DNA of 64,000 nt from an uncultured Nitrososphaerota archaeon (GCA_963703285.1 OY969807.1:2112001-2176000), one strand, 5' to 3'; positions 29,233-39,552 are shown, numbered from the stretch's first letter. Notes: generated from the letters alone by a model not told the origin. Program-made: numbers and translations.

Positions 29233-29572
29233 CCAGTGTCTCGGAGAGCGCCCTGACGTAGTCTGCATAGACGCCCTTCTCCGGGCCGTGGTCGGCGCAC
29301 AGGCACATCGAGGAGACCCTCCGCCTGTCGCAGACCTCGACGTACGGGCACCCTCCGCAGGATTCCTTCCCGCAGACGAAGCAGCGAAGGGTCAGCTCGA
29401 CCTCCTCGCCGGTCGCCAATCTTATGGCCCTGACCGCGGCATCCAGGTCCGTCCCGGGCTCTATCCTGAAGCCGAGCGCCCTGTCGTACTTCACTCCCTG
29501 CCTCATGAGGAAGAGGAACTCCTCCCTCCCGAGCCTGGGGAGAGTGAACCACCCCCCGACGAGGACCTTCAC
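29225..29572 (-). CDS. Cys-rich hypothetical protein
   Basis: CFVCG..C..CPY..C...CLC..H; overlaps the rfcL stop. Confidence 0.7.
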   Translation of the reverse strand: MKVLVGGWFTLPRLGREEFLFLMRQGVKYDRALGFRIEPGTDLDAAVRAIRLATGEEVELTLRCFVCGKESCGGCPYVEVCDRRRVSSMCLCADHGPEKGVYADYVRALSETLAS

Positions 29573-30744
29573 CGGCCCGCCTCCTTCTGGAGGAACTTCT
29601 CAAAGGATTCGTCCAGGTCGAGGTCGCGCTCCAGCCGCTCCCTGAAGTCCTTCGAGGAGCACAGGGCGAAGAGGTACGGGAGGTCCTCCGTCAGCGCGCT
29701 CGCGCCGCTGGTCGAGGTGTGCCTCGCGTACCTCAGCGCGAGCTCCTTGATCTTCCTCGAGTCGTTCCAGATCCTTACGAGCAGGGGGAACGGGAGGTCC
29801 TCCGAGACGCGCCTCACGTTCTGTCCCTTCAAGACCGGGAAGAGCTCCTGGGAGAGCATGGCGTCGAGGTAGCGGAGCAGCCTCCAATCGCGGGAGGCCC
29901 CTATCTCCCCCATTATCACGTCGGCCCTCGAGAGGACCTCCAGGGCGGCAGCCGTCTTCTCCGGCGTGAGGTTCGCCTTCACGATGCACGTTAGAATCTC
30001 GCGCAGCTTCTCGACGGGAGGAAGGTCGACGCTCCTCAGCGCCACCAGCGCCGACTCGGGGTCGGGCGCGTCGAAGAAGGCGTTCAGACCCTGGGCCACC
30101 GAGGGTGTCACGTCCTTGAACGACGACTCGCCGGTCTCGCCCCCGCTCTGCATCAGGTTGATCGCGTGCCTGAGGTCCCCGCCAGCGCGCCTGACGTAGC
30201 TCTGGAACGACCCCGGCGAGACCTCGAGGCCCTCCGCCTCTGCAATCATCCTCATGTACATCTCGACCTCCCGAGGTGGCGGGGGCCTGAACCTGACGGT
30301 GACGCAGGACGAACCGAGCTTCCTTATTTCGTCGGCGTCTTCGTCGTTCGCGGCCATAATGATCGGGTTTTCCGACGCCTTGACGGCTTCCTTGATGAAC
30401 TCCACGCCCCCGTAGTCGGACCTCCCCAGCAGCCCGTCCACCTCGTCGAGGAAGATGAGGGACCTCCCCCCGAAGAGGTCGACCGTCTTCATCGCCTCGC
30501 CGATCTTCTTCTCGAGCTTGTCCTTCGTCCTAACGTCGCTCGCGTTGAGGTCGATCAGGCTCATCCCCGACTCCTTGGCCAGCAGGGAGACCATGGTCGT
30601 CTTCCCCGTCCCGGGTGGGCCGACCAGCAGCATCGCCTTCTTTCCTGGCTTCCACCCCTTCAGCCAGAGCCCTACGGCGATCCTAGCCTCCTCGTTCCCG
30701 ACCATCTCTGAGATTCTCTTCGGCCTGTACTTCTCGACCCACAT
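29569..30744 (-). CDS. rfcL: Replication factor C large subunit
   Basis: WVEKYRP, GPPGTGKT, LNASD, LDEVDG, GDLR.AIN. Confidence 0.92.
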   Translation of the reverse strand: MWVEKYRPKRISEMVGNEEARIAVGLWLKGWKPGKKAMLLVGPPGTGKTTMVSLLAKESGMSLIDLNASDVRTKDKLEKKIGEAMKTVDLFGGRSLIFLDEVDGLLGRSDYGGVEFIKEAVKASENPIIMAANDEDADEIRKLGSSCVTVRFRPPPPREVEMYMRMIAEAEGLEVSPGSFQSYVRRAGGDLRHAINLMQSGGETGESSFKDVTPSVAQGLNAFFDAPDPESALVALRSVDLPPVEKLREILTCIVKANLTPEKTAAALEVLSRADVIMGEIGASRDWRLLRYLDAMLSQELFPVLKGQNVRRVSEDLPFPLLVRIWNDSRKIKELALRYARHTSTSGASALTEDLPYLFALCSSKDFRERLERDLDLDESFEKFLQKEAGR

Positions 30745-30745
30745 T

Positions 30746-31591
30746 CTAGAAGGCTCCGCCGATGAAGACGAGGAGGCCTATTAACATGCCCAGGAGCGCC
30801 TGCCTCTTGACCTTGAGGGCGCGCTCGGCCGTCGGCCTGCTCAGCGTCAGATAGGCGAGGTAGACGAAAATGACGTCGGGGATTATCACGCCGTATCGGT
30901 AGAACGTGCTGACGGTCAGGAGGAGGAGCGGCAGCAGGCTCGACACCACCGCAGCCAGGAAGAACGCCGCCCCCACCGCCGAAGCCGACTTCAACCCGTG
31001 CACCCTCGCGAAGGATCTTATGCCCCTCTTCTCGTCGCCTACCGTGTCCGCCATCGCCTTCACGATCTCCCTCCCGACGCCCGAGAGGAACGCTGTCCCG
31101 GCCATGAAGAGGAGAAGAGAGCTCGTGACGCTCCCGCCCGCCACGACCCCTCCGTAGATGAAGGGGATAGCGAGGGACGAGGCCACTATCAGGTTCCCGG
31201 AGATCCCGTACTTCTTGGCCCTGTAGTTGTAGAGCCAGGAGAGGAACGCGTAGAGTAGCGCCACCCCGACGGCGGCCCAATTCAGGAGTACGACGGACGC
31301 GACGACGCCCACCGCCAGCATCGCGAGGGCGAGCGTTACCGCCCACCGCCTGGTGGCCGCGCCGCTCGGCAGGGGCCGGTCGGGCTGGTTGAGCCTGTCA
31401 ACCTCGATGTCGTAGTAGTCGTTTATCACCATGGAGTAGGCGCAGATTGCGAACCCCGTGACGAAGCCCAGGGCCAGCGCGGCACCGTCTACGGACGCGG
31501 GCTTCGAGACGAACGCCCCGACGATCACTGCGAATCCTATCATCGCGCAGTTGACAGGTCTCAGGATCGTGAAGTAGGCCCGGAGGCTCAA
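30746..31591 (-). CDS. Digeranylgeranylglyceryl phosphate synthase (UbiA family)
   Basis: RP.N, NDYYDIEVDRLNQPDRPLPSG, REIVK...D..GD. Confidence 0.9.
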   Translation of the reverse strand: MSLRAYFTILRPVNCAMIGFAVIVGAFVSKPASVDGAALALGFVTGFAICAYSMVINDYYDIEVDRLNQPDRPLPSGAATRRWAVTLALAMLAVGVVASVVLLNWAAVGVALLYAFLSWLYNYRAKKYGISGNLIVASSLAIPFIYGGVVAGGSVTSSLLLFMAGTAFLSGVGREIVKAMADTVGDEKRGIRSFARVHGLKSASAVGAAFFLAAVVSSLLPLLLLTVSTFYRYGVIIPDVIFVYLAYLTLSRPTAERALKVKRQALLGMLIGLLVFIGGAF

Positions 31592-31599
31592 GTGTCACA

Positions 31600-32145
31600 C
31601 TACTTGTGGAAGCTCGCCCTGCTGACCTTGTAGTAGATTACCTCTCCCCTCCGCTCGATCACGGCGACTATCGCCTCCTTCCCCATCTTCACTATCTGCC
31701 GCACCGACTCGCTCAGGGCCTCGACCTCGGTCTCGGTACCTTCGTCGAGGGCGAAGACGACGAACCTCGCCGCCTTGTCCGGGAAGTCTCCCCTCTCGTA
31801 GACCCGCAGGTCGGTCCCGAAACCGAACCCGTCCTTCACTATGTATCCCCTCGACCTGAGGTCCCTGAAGATGATGAACTTGGTCCAGGCGTCTTTGGCG
31901 CGCGCCTGGCACATCTCCGCCAGGCGGTCGAAGGTCACCCGCCTCCCTCGCTCGTCTTCGATGCTCAGCCGGTCGGTGAAGATGAGGTAGAGCGCCTCGT
32001 AGTCCTTGAGGACCAGCCTCCTGCCGTCTCTCTCGCCGTACCCGGCCTGCTCGAGTTCGCCGAACCTCTCGCTATCCTCGACGGCCACCTTCCCGCCCCT
32101 GAGCACGGCCTGCACGACCTCAGGCGCCTTCTCCTGGCTCTCCAA
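31600..32145 (-). CDS. endA: tRNA-intron endonuclease
   Basis: EALYL, DLRSRGY.VK.G..FG.D.RVY. Confidence 0.85.
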   Translation of the reverse strand: MESQEKAPEVVQAVLRGGKVAVEDSERFGELEQAGYGERDGRRLVLKDYEALYLIFTDRLSIEDERGRRVTFDRLAEMCQARAKDAWTKFIIFRDLRSRGYIVKDGFGFGTDLRVYERGDFPDKAARFVVFALDEGTETEVEALSESVRQIVKMGKEAIVAVIERRGEVIYYKVSRASFHK

Positions 32146-32233
32146 GTCTCTGAGTGCCGCGCCCTCGGAGCGATATTAAGCGTTTCAGGAATCCGGGAAA
32201 CCCTATTAGAAGCGGCGCGGCCTCCCCGACGGC

Positions 32234-33280
32234 TTGAGAGAGAACTTCTTCTCCCTCCGGACCGTGATGTGGGAGGAAGGCCGGGTGAGGATGATCGACC
32301 AGACCGTGCTTCCCCGGCGCCTCGTCTACAGGTCCTTCGATTCCTGGGAGGGCGTCGCCGAAGCGATTCGGACGATGGTAGTCCGCGGCGCGCCTGCCAT
32401 CGGCGTCGCGGCCGCGATGGGAGTGGCCCTCGCTGCATCCCGCTCCCGCTCGGGTAATCGCGCCGGGCTGCTGAGAGACCTGGAGCGCGCTGCCGAAGGG
32501 CTGCGCAAGACGCGCCCCACGGCAGTGAACCTCTTCTGGGGGACCGACAGGGTCATGGATGCCGCCAGGGGCGCGGGCCGCAGCGTCGAGGTCGTCAAGG
32601 GTGTCGTGATAGAGGAGGCGAAGAAGATGGCGGAGGAGGACGTCGAGGCGAACAAGAGGCTCGGCAGGTTCGGGGTCGGGCTCATCGACGAAGGGGACGT
32701 CGTGATGACGCAGTGCAACGCGGGGGCGCTCGCCACGGTCGGCTACGGCACGGCCTTGGGCGTGCTCAGGGCGGCGAGGGAGGCCGGGAAGTGCGTGAAG
32801 GTCGTCGTCAACGAGACGCGCCCCGCCCTCCAGGGCTCCAGGCTCACCGCCTTCGAGCTGGTCAGGGACGGCTTCCATTGCACGCTGATCTCCGATACGG
32901 CGGTGGGCTCGATGATGAGCCGGGGGAGGGTCGACAAGGTCATCGTCGGAGCCGACAGGATCACCAAGGACGGCCACGTCTTCAACAAGATTGGGACGTA
33001 CCAGGTGGCTGTCCTGGCAGACAGGCACGCGATACCGTTCTACGTCGCTGCTCCTAGGTCGACCTTCGACCTGGAGAGGACCCACGACCAGGTGACAATA
33101 GAGGAGCGAAGCTACGACGAAGTGGTCAGGGTAAGGGGAAGGCGGATAGCTCCGAAGGGCGTGCCCGTCGCGAACCCGGCCTTCGACGAGACGCCTCCGG
33201 AGCTGGTCGCCGGGATCATCACCGACATGGGCGTCATAGGCCGTCCGGTAGACGTGAACCTTCGGTCGGTAATCGGCTGA
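32234..33280 (+). CDS. mtnA: S-methyl-5-thioribose-1-phosphate isomerase (eIF2B-like)
   Basis: VRGAPAIG, RPTAVNL, CNAGALAT.GYGTALG, ETRP..QG.RLT, NKIGTY. Confidence 0.92.
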   Translation: MRENFFSLRTVMWEEGRVRMIDQTVLPRRLVYRSFDSWEGVAEAIRTMVVRGAPAIGVAAAMGVALAASRSRSGNRAGLLRDLERAAEGLRKTRPTAVNLFWGTDRVMDAARGAGRSVEVVKGVVIEEAKKMAEEDVEANKRLGRFGVGLIDEGDVVMTQCNAGALATVGYGTALGVLRAAREAGKCVKVVVNETRPALQGSRLTAFELVRDGFHCTLISDTAVGSMMSRGRVDKVIVGADRITKDGHVFNKIGTYQVAVLADRHAIPFYVAAPRSTFDLERTHDQVTIEERSYDEVVRVRGRRIAPKGVPVANPAFDETPPELVAGIITDMGVIGRPVDVNLRSVIG

Positions 33281-33311
33281 TGCGGTCCGTCTTGGTTGTT
33301 CATTCGGCCCG

Positions 33312-33761
33312 GTGGCCGAGCCTGACCAATCCGATGGATGCGTGCCTCTTGCTGAGGACGGAGGGTGCGGGCGTCAGAGCATCAGGCCCCGAAATTCGGC
33401 CTCCTTGATGAGAATATCCTCCGATTTTGTGAGGGAAGTCGACTCGGCCAAACTCGGCGTCCTGATTGACAGTGGCCATGCCGCCATCTCACGCGAAGGA
33501 CTATTGGAAGCCGCCGTCTCCTCGCGCGGCAGGATTGCCCACGTGCATCTTAACAACAACGACGGCTGCCGCGACCTTCACTGGCCTCCTCAAAGGGGGA
33601 AGTTGACCAGGCGAGACTTCAGTGAATTCATGCGCGAACTTGAGAGACAGGGCTATCGCGGAAGGATCTCGGTAGAGTTGACGAAGCCGGGACGCATAGC
33701 GAGAGCCCTTGTGTCGTCCCGTCTCTTCTTCGACGATCTGATTGATGGAGGCCAGTCCTGA
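33312..33761 (+). pseudogene. C-terminal fragment of a sugar-phosphate isomerase/epimerase TIM barrel
   Basis: DSGH, HVHLNNNDG..DLH, GYRG.ISVE; N-terminal half missing. Confidence 0.65.
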
Positions 33762-33815
33762 TTCCGGAGGGCGGAACAGGTGTTGTTTTATCCCGGCTCT
33801 ATTCAGCGGGCTGCT

Positions 33816-33925
33816 GGGCCCGTAGCCTAGTACGGATAGGGCATCAACAGTACGCGGTGCAAGCCTTCGGTACCCTCTGCGGAGAAAGCTGAGGGTCGCG
33901 GGTTCAAATCCTGCCGGGCCCGCCA
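33816..33925 (+). tRNA. tRNA-Arg(UCG) with two 16-nt introns (33847-33862 at 29/30; 33871-33886 at 37/38)
   Basis: GGGCCCG/CGGGCCC acceptor stem, spliced anticodon arm TCAGC-CTTCGGA-GCTGA, GGTTCAAATCC T arm, encoded CCA, both introns form BHB motifs. Confidence 0.93.
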
Positions 33926-33966
33926 AAACACCCAGAATTAGACTGTGCACACGCTGCAGTCGACCG

Positions 33967-34776
33967 TCACAGGCTGAGTCCCCGTCTCGACCTTACTGTC
34001 TGCTCGAGTTTGAAGAAGACCAGCTTGTCCACGAGCAACCCTATCAAAAATATGGCTATCATGGCCGCTATTATCTCGTCCATCCGGTCGAACTCGCTGC
34101 CCAGCTCTAGTATCGCACCCAAGCCTATCGTCGTCATGAGTATCTCGGCACCGATTAGCGCGTGCCAAGAGAAAGACCAAGCCTGCCTCAGGCCCACGAT
34201 GAACGAAGGCATCGCGGCGGGTAGCATGACGTTTCTGAGTAGAGACACCCTCTTCGCACCCATGTTCTTCGCTGCCTTCGTGTAGATCGGAGGGATGTTC
34301 CTGATCCCGGAGTAGGTCGTAAGCATGATAGAGAAGACCGAGCTGATGACCATCACGAAGATCACCCCCCAGTCGGTCAGCCCGATGAACACGATCGCAA
34401 AGGGGACCCAGGCGATGCTGGGAAACGACTGCAAACCGAGCGCGAAGGAGCTCATGGTCCGTCCGAAGCGCTTGAAGGTCACCATAGCCAGTCCGACCAG
34501 GACCCCCAGGACTATGGCTATGCCAAAGCCGGCGATGAGCCTGTACCCCGTCGTGAAGAGGGCCTGCTGTAAGACCCCGGTCCTCGTCAGCAACACGAAC
34601 TCGTTCAGGACCATGTCAGGAGAGGGAAGAAGGAAGTAGGGGTAGAACTTTAACTCGAAGACTATCTGCCAGGCTATCACGAAGACGGCGAGGCCGATTA
34701 CGATGTCCAGGACGCCGGTGTAGTCGTACCGCTTCGTCTTGGCGCTACTCTTGTTGGTTGTCTGAGTCTCCTGCAT
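33967..34776 (-). CDS. Nitrate/sulfonate/taurine-type ABC permease
   Basis: LPSP..V, PSIAWVP, AAKNMGA, LPAA.P, W..LIGAE. Confidence 0.9.
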   Translation of the reverse strand: MQETQTTNKSSAKTKRYDYTGVLDIVIGLAVFVIAWQIVFELKFYPYFLLPSPDMVLNEFVLLTRTGVLQQALFTTGYRLIAGFGIAIVLGVLVGLAMVTFKRFGRTMSSFALGLQSFPSIAWVPFAIVFIGLTDWGVIFVMVISSVFSIMLTTYSGIRNIPPIYTKAAKNMGAKRVSLLRNVMLPAAMPSFIVGLRQAWSFSWHALIGAEILMTTIGLGAILELGSEFDRMDEIIAAMIAIFLIGLLVDKLVFFKLEQTVRSRRGLSL

Positions 34777-35596
34777 TCCACGTCTCCTCCTTTAGTCCTC
34801 TCATGATCGCCGTGATGACTCCGTGGAGAGCCGGATCCTCTGACCGCCTCGGCCTGGGAAAGTCTACTACGAACTGCTGCTTTATCTTTGCCGGGCCGTG
34901 CGTGAAGAGAATCACCCTGTCCCCCAATGAGACCGCCTCCCTCACGTCGTGGGTGACGAAGATGATCGTCTTCCTGGTCCGCTCGTGGATGACCTGTATC
35001 TGTCTCTGGAGGTCGTCCCGGGTCTTTGCATCGAGGGCGCCGAAGGGCTCGTCCATCAATAGGATCCGCGGGTTTAGCGCCAGACCCCTTGCGATGGCGA
35101 CCCTCTGCTTCATGCCCCCGGAGAGCTGATGTATGTACGAACCGGCGAAGGGGGTCAGCCCGACCAGCTCTATGTACTCCCCCGCTATCTTTTGGCGTTC
35201 CTCGGGGGCGATGCCCTTCTCCTTCAGACCGAACTCCACGTTCCCTCTCACGTCGAGCCACGGAAAGAGGGCGTCCTCCTGGAAGATCATGACAATGTCC
35301 GGGCCAGACGACTTTACCCTGTGCCCGTTCACGATGACATCTCCTGCCTCGTATGGTTCGAGCCCAGCGATGATGTTCAGCAGCGTGGTCTTGCCGCAGC
35401 CGGACGGTCCGACGACGGTGAGGAACTCGCCCTCGCCGACGTCGAAGCTGATGTCGTCCAGGACTACGAGGCCTGAGTTTTCCTCGCCCCCGTGGCCCGG
35501 ATACACCTTCCTAAGTTTTTCGACCTGAAGTATTCTGTTATTCTGGACAGCGCGCATGTGGCTGCCAAGGTCGAAGGTCTCCGCGTCTGTCTTCAT
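34745..35596 (-). CDS. Nitrate/sulfonate-type ABC ATP-binding protein
   Basis: GPSGCGKT, FQ..ALFPW, LSGGMKQR, MDEPFGALD. Confidence 0.92.
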   Translation of the reverse strand: MKTDAETFDLGSHMRAVQNNRILQVEKLRKVYPGHGGEENSGLVVLDDISFDVGEGEFLTVVGPSGCGKTTLLNIIAGLEPYEAGDVIVNGHRVKSSGPDIVMIFQEDALFPWLDVRGNVEFGLKEKGIAPEERQKIAGEYIELVGLTPFAGSYIHQLSGGMKQRVAIARGLALNPRILLMDEPFGALDAKTRDDLQRQIQVIHERTRKTIIFVTHDVREAVSLGDRVILFTHGPAKIKQQFVVDFPRPRRSEDPALHGVITAIMRGLKEETWNAGDSDNQQE

Positions 35597-35608
35597 TTCA
35601 ACCGGACT

Positions 35609-36745
35609 CTAGTTGGTTACCATCGGAAGACCATCGGCTATCAACACGCTGTTCAGAATTGAGAGGTCGAAGATGTTGGGTAGGTCTCCCGGGGGTGACG
35701 TCAGGAAGCCCAACGAGTACTCGTAGGAGGCCTGTTGTGTTACTGTGGACTCGAGAGGATCATAGGTGAACTGGAGCGTCGTCAGTGCCGCTGCCAGCAC
35801 GCTCGCGTTCAGGGGCGCGCCGGTCAGTACAGCGTATTGGGCGTTGAACGCCGCGGCAGCTGCGGTCAGGTTGTCGTTGATCTGGATGGTCTCTGCCACC
35901 TCGGCTGCCACTATCTCCCTTACCACATCCGGGTGCTCCTGCAGGAAGCTTGTCCTCACCACCAGTATGGCGGTCGAGAACTGCCCGTTCAGCCACAGAC
36001 TCTGCTCGTTGAGAAAGAGCTTTCCCCCGTCGGCCAGGAGAATCGCAGCGTAAGGCTGTGGCACCCAGGCTCCACCGATCTTTCCGGTCACGAAGAGGCT
36101 GACAATGTTCGCGTTCGACGTGTCCACTACTGTGACGTTCCCGCCCTGGCTGGTGGTATTGTAGCCGTTCACTTGCAGGTAGTGCCTCAGCGCGACGTCC
36201 TGGGTGTTGCCGAGTTGCGGCGCAGCGAATGTCTTTCCACCGAGGTCCTTCACGTCGCCGGGGGTTATCTCCGAACCGCTCGTTACCACGAACTCCGCGC
36301 CCCCGCTCGATGCGCCCGCCAGGATCTCCAGTCCCGTCCCGTTCGATGCTATGTACGCGTTGACTGCCGGGTCTGGCCCCACGAAGGCCATGTCGAGTTT
36401 GCCGGCCAGGAGCGCTGTCATCTCGGTGGGGCCTGCGGAGAAGACCTGCGTCTCAATCTTGGTCGAGGGCCCCACGAAGCTCTGGAATTCACCGTTGGCG
36501 AGCCCGATTACCGCCTGCGCGTGGTTGAGGTTCGCATAGTATCCGATGTTGACGACACTCGCGGAGTTGATTGTCGGCGTGCTGGCTGCTGTGGTCGTGG
36601 CAGTGGTCGTTGAGACCGAGGTGGTCGTAACCGTGCTAGTCTCATTCCCGGTTGAAAGGGCGTACGCTGCAACGCCTCCTATCGCTACGAATACGACAAC
36701 GAGGAGCGCGGCAACAACAGTACCGATCCCCGAACTTGCCTTCAT
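35609..36745 (-). CDS. SsuA/NrtA-like ABC substrate-binding protein
   Basis: N-terminal TM and Thr linker; GY..NL.HAQA, F.AGP, PQLGNTQDVALR. Confidence 0.88.
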   Translation of the reverse strand: MKASSGIGTVVAALLVVVFVAIGGVAAYALSTGNETSTVTTTSVSTTTATTTAASTPTINSASVVNIGYYANLNHAQAVIGLANGEFQSFVGPSTKIETQVFSAGPTEMTALLAGKLDMAFVGPDPAVNAYIASNGTGLEILAGASSGGAEFVVTSGSEITPGDVKDLGGKTFAAPQLGNTQDVALRHYLQVNGYNTTSQGGNVTVVDTSNANIVSLFVTGKIGGAWVPQPYAAILLADGGKLFLNEQSLWLNGQFSTAILVVRTSFLQEHPDVVREIVAAEVAETIQINDNLTAAAAAFNAQYAVLTGAPLNASVLAAALTTLQFTYDPLESTVTQQASYEYSLGFLTSPPGDLPNIFDLSILNSVLIADGLPMVTN

Positions 36746-36925
36746 GGTCTATAGACCAATAATTACAGGTAATTAAACCTCGATGGAGGATGAGCTGGCC
36801 TTGTGCTACGGCCTCCAACCCCACGCCTCAAAGCGAGGGCTCAATTCTGATGGTTCAAATCCTGCCGGGCCCGCCACTACTTAGTTCCGAATACCTTATC
36901 TACCGCCCCGCCGCACCTGTCATTC

Positions 36926-38248
36926 GTGCCGAGACGAGGGAAAAGCGCAAAGTATCACGAAATGATGAACGACCCTGACGTTGTCCGCTGGCTCAAGAAC
37001 ATAGAGCGGGGCAGTCGGAACACAGCCGAGGTGTCATACAGGCGGCTCGGCAAGGCCTCTGAGCTGCTCGATATGGCGCCCAAGGAGATGGTCAGCAACG
37101 CGAGGCAGGACCTGAGCGGCTTCGAGGACCGCCTGGAGGATTTGGTCGCTTCGCTTGAGGGGCAGGGAAAGGCACCAGGGTACATAACCGGGATTCTCAA
37201 GAACGTCAAGTCGTGGCTGCGCCGCAACAACGTCACCCTGACGCGGAGGATCAAGATAAGCAACTCGTCGGCTACGCCTACGATTGAAGACGAACAGGTT
37301 CCGACGCAGGATGAGATGTCGAAGATACTGAGGAACTCCACGAGCCGCGTCAGAGCTGCCGAAGCGCTGATCGCGTTCGCAGGGCTGCGGCCCGAAAGCA
37401 TCGGGAACGACGATGGCAGCGACGGGCTGATGGTCTCCGACCTCCCCGACCTAAAAATCACAGACGGGGAGGTAAAGTTCGAAAAGGTTCCTGCAATGGT
37501 AGTCGTCAGGGCGCCCGTCAGCAAGACGAGACGCAGATACTTCAGCTTCCTCATCGGGGAGGGCTGCAACTACCTCAAGGAATACCTGGAGGAGAGACTC
37601 CGGTCAGGCGAGAAATTGGAGCCTCAGAGCCCGCTTATCGCGCACGAGAGGGGAGAGGGTTCCCACGGAAAGTTTCTCGTCACCAGGGCGGTGAGCGAGC
37701 TCATCAGGGACTCGATGAGGAGGGCGGGCGTCTTCAAGCGGCCCTACGTTCTCAGGTCGTACTTCGACACGAACCTCATAATCGCAGAGTCCAAGAGAGA
37801 GATCAGCCACCCGTACCTGCAGTTCCACGCCGGACACACGGGCGATATCGAAGCAACCTACTCAACAAACAAGGGAAGGCTGCCACCCAAGATGGTTGAA
37901 GGTATGAGGAAGGCTTTCAGCGATTGCGAGCCGTATCTGTCGACCCTTGTTCAGCCTCTACAGGAGATGCCACTGATCAAGGAGGCTCAGATTCAGGCCA
38001 TTCGGAGCATCGCGAAGAACATGTTTGGGATGGACCTTCTCGAGGTGAAGGTTGCGAAGGAGAAGGAAGAGAACAGGGAGCTCACCCAAGACGAGACCAT
38101 CGAACTGTTCGAGAACGAAATGAAGAAAGTTCGAGAGAAGGAAGACCCGCAAACAAGCGTAACGGAGGCAGAACTCGACTCGTATCTCAAAGACGGGTGG
38201 CAATTCGTGAGCGTTCTGCCGTCTCAGAGGATACTGATCAAGAAATAG
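36926..38248 (+). CDS. Tyrosine recombinase/integrase
   Basis: GLRPE (R), SKTRR (K), YVLR, AGH..IEATY; begins 50 bp after the att copy. Confidence 0.9.
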   Translation: MPRRGKSAKYHEMMNDPDVVRWLKNIERGSRNTAEVSYRRLGKASELLDMAPKEMVSNARQDLSGFEDRLEDLVASLEGQGKAPGYITGILKNVKSWLRRNNVTLTRRIKISNSSATPTIEDEQVPTQDEMSKILRNSTSRVRAAEALIAFAGLRPESIGNDDGSDGLMVSDLPDLKITDGEVKFEKVPAMVVVRAPVSKTRRRYFSFLIGEGCNYLKEYLEERLRSGEKLEPQSPLIAHERGEGSHGKFLVTRAVSELIRDSMRRAGVFKRPYVLRSYFDTNLIIAESKREISHPYLQFHAGHTGDIEATYSTNKGRLPPKMVEGMRKAFSDCEPYLSTLVQPLQEMPLIKEAQIQAIRSIAKNMFGMDLLEVKVAKEKEENRELTQDETIELFENEMKKVREKEDPQTSVTEAELDSYLKDGWQFVSVLPSQRILIKK

Positions 38249-38361
38249 GTTCCTCTATATCCGTCCCCAACTCATGCCGAATACGTGTCAGGAAGGTTGT
38301 GCGCTCATGAAGCCGCTCGAGAGGTGGGCTACTCGCGTTAGAACGGAATGCCAAAGTTCAG

Positions 38362-39552
38362 CTAATATTGGGCTGGACCCCGCCCGTTAGCCTCGCGTGA
38401 GGCTAACGGCAAAGCGCCCATCCCCGTCCATCGCTGGAACGCTTTCTGCCCCTTCTCCGTGACAAAGTACCACTCGTTGTTCTCCGATAAGTAGCCCCGG
38501 TCAACGAGTTCGTTCAAGTATCTCCGCGTCTGCCGCCGCGAGGATCCCATGGCCGCCGCGACCGCGGGGTTCGTGTGCAGGCCCCGATCGTGGATTACGC
38601 TCAGCACGAGGACCATCCTCCTCTTGAAGACAGGAGACGGTCCGGCTGTCCTGGGCCGTCTTCGGTCCCTTATTCCCTCCTCCTCGTTGCCGGCCTCCCC
38701 CGCCCGGTCTGCGCCCGGTCTCCCCTCTCCAGGAGTCTCCGTCCGGAACCCGGCGCCGTTCCCAGCGCCCTGCGCCGCCACCGCCTCACCTTCGGCCTTC
38801 TCCCCGCGTGACAGGTTGCGAACCCCGTCAGACAGGATGATGAGAGATTTCCGCTCCTCGGAAGAAGAGTAGTGCCTGCGGAATGAACCCAATGTCCTCA
38901 GCGACGGGTGTTCGGAGAAATCTGCCATATCCGTTGTGTTGTCCATGCATAGCTCGAAGACGTAGCTGTAAAACTGGTGATCGCTCAGGCTGCAGAAAGC
39001 GTCGTTGAAGAAGCTTCTCCTAGGACTACAAAGAAGTTGCGTGAGGTCATCGAGAAAAGCGGACCCGCCTTTATGATTAAGAATGTGGATTATTCGCTTC
39101 TTGTAGTACAGCTTCATGTATCCGTGTGCCCTGGAACCTACCAGGAACCTGAATCCCCTCTCAGCTTCGCACGACATAGCCCATTCGGTGAGCTTATGCG
39201 TGGGCGAGTACGCTGTTATAACCTGCTTCTCAACGAGTTCATCCAGGTACCTTTCAATGGTCCTGTCGCTCATACCAAGGTGGGGCAGGCCCCGCCCCGA
39301 CGCGAGAGATTGGACTATCAGTTCCATATTCTGGATCTTCTTCCTCCTCCTCGTCAGTACGCGATTGGGCAAATTTGTGAACTTACGGCGTACGTAACAC
39401 CAGCGAACTCTCCATCCTTCTGGAGTCTTGACGTGATGGGCGTACTTGACTTGCACATACTTCCTGCGTCCCCTCTTCGTCCACGTCTTGTAAGCCGTCC
39501 CAGGTTGTCCACATTTTGGGCATCGTGGCGCCCATCCTTCCAATCTTGGCAA
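38362..39552 (-). CDS. Zn-finger plus winged-helix DNA-binding protein
   Basis: CPKCG..H..C; MSDRTIERYLDELVEK and SRRQTRRYLNELVDRGYL HTH motifs. Confidence 0.65.
   Translation of the reverse strand: MPRLEGWAPRCPKCGQPGTAYKTWTKRGRRKYVQVKYAHHVKTPEGWRVRWCYVRRKFTNLPNRVLTRRRKKIQNMELIVQSLASGRGLPHLGMSDRTIERYLDELVEKQVITAYSPTHKLTEWAMSCEAERGFRFLVGSRAHGYMKLYYKKRIIHILNHKGGSAFLDDLTQLLCSPRRSFFNDAFCSLSDHQFYSYVFELCMDNTTDMADFSEHPSLRTLGSFRRHYSSSEERKSLIILSDGVRNLSRGEKAEGEAVAAQGAGNGAGFRTETPGEGRPGADRAGEAGNEEEGIRDRRRPRTAGPSPVFKRRMVLVLSVIHDRGLHTNPAVAAAMGSSRRQTRRYLNELVDRGYLSENNEWYFVTEKGQKAFQRWTGMGALPLASREANGRGPAQY

Larger units (their letters stand above)
33901..36876. mobile_element. Integrase-less islet flanked by 25-bp att direct repeats
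   Basis: GGTTCAAATCCTGCCGGGCCCGCCA identical at 33901-33925 and 36852-36876. Confidence 0.75.
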
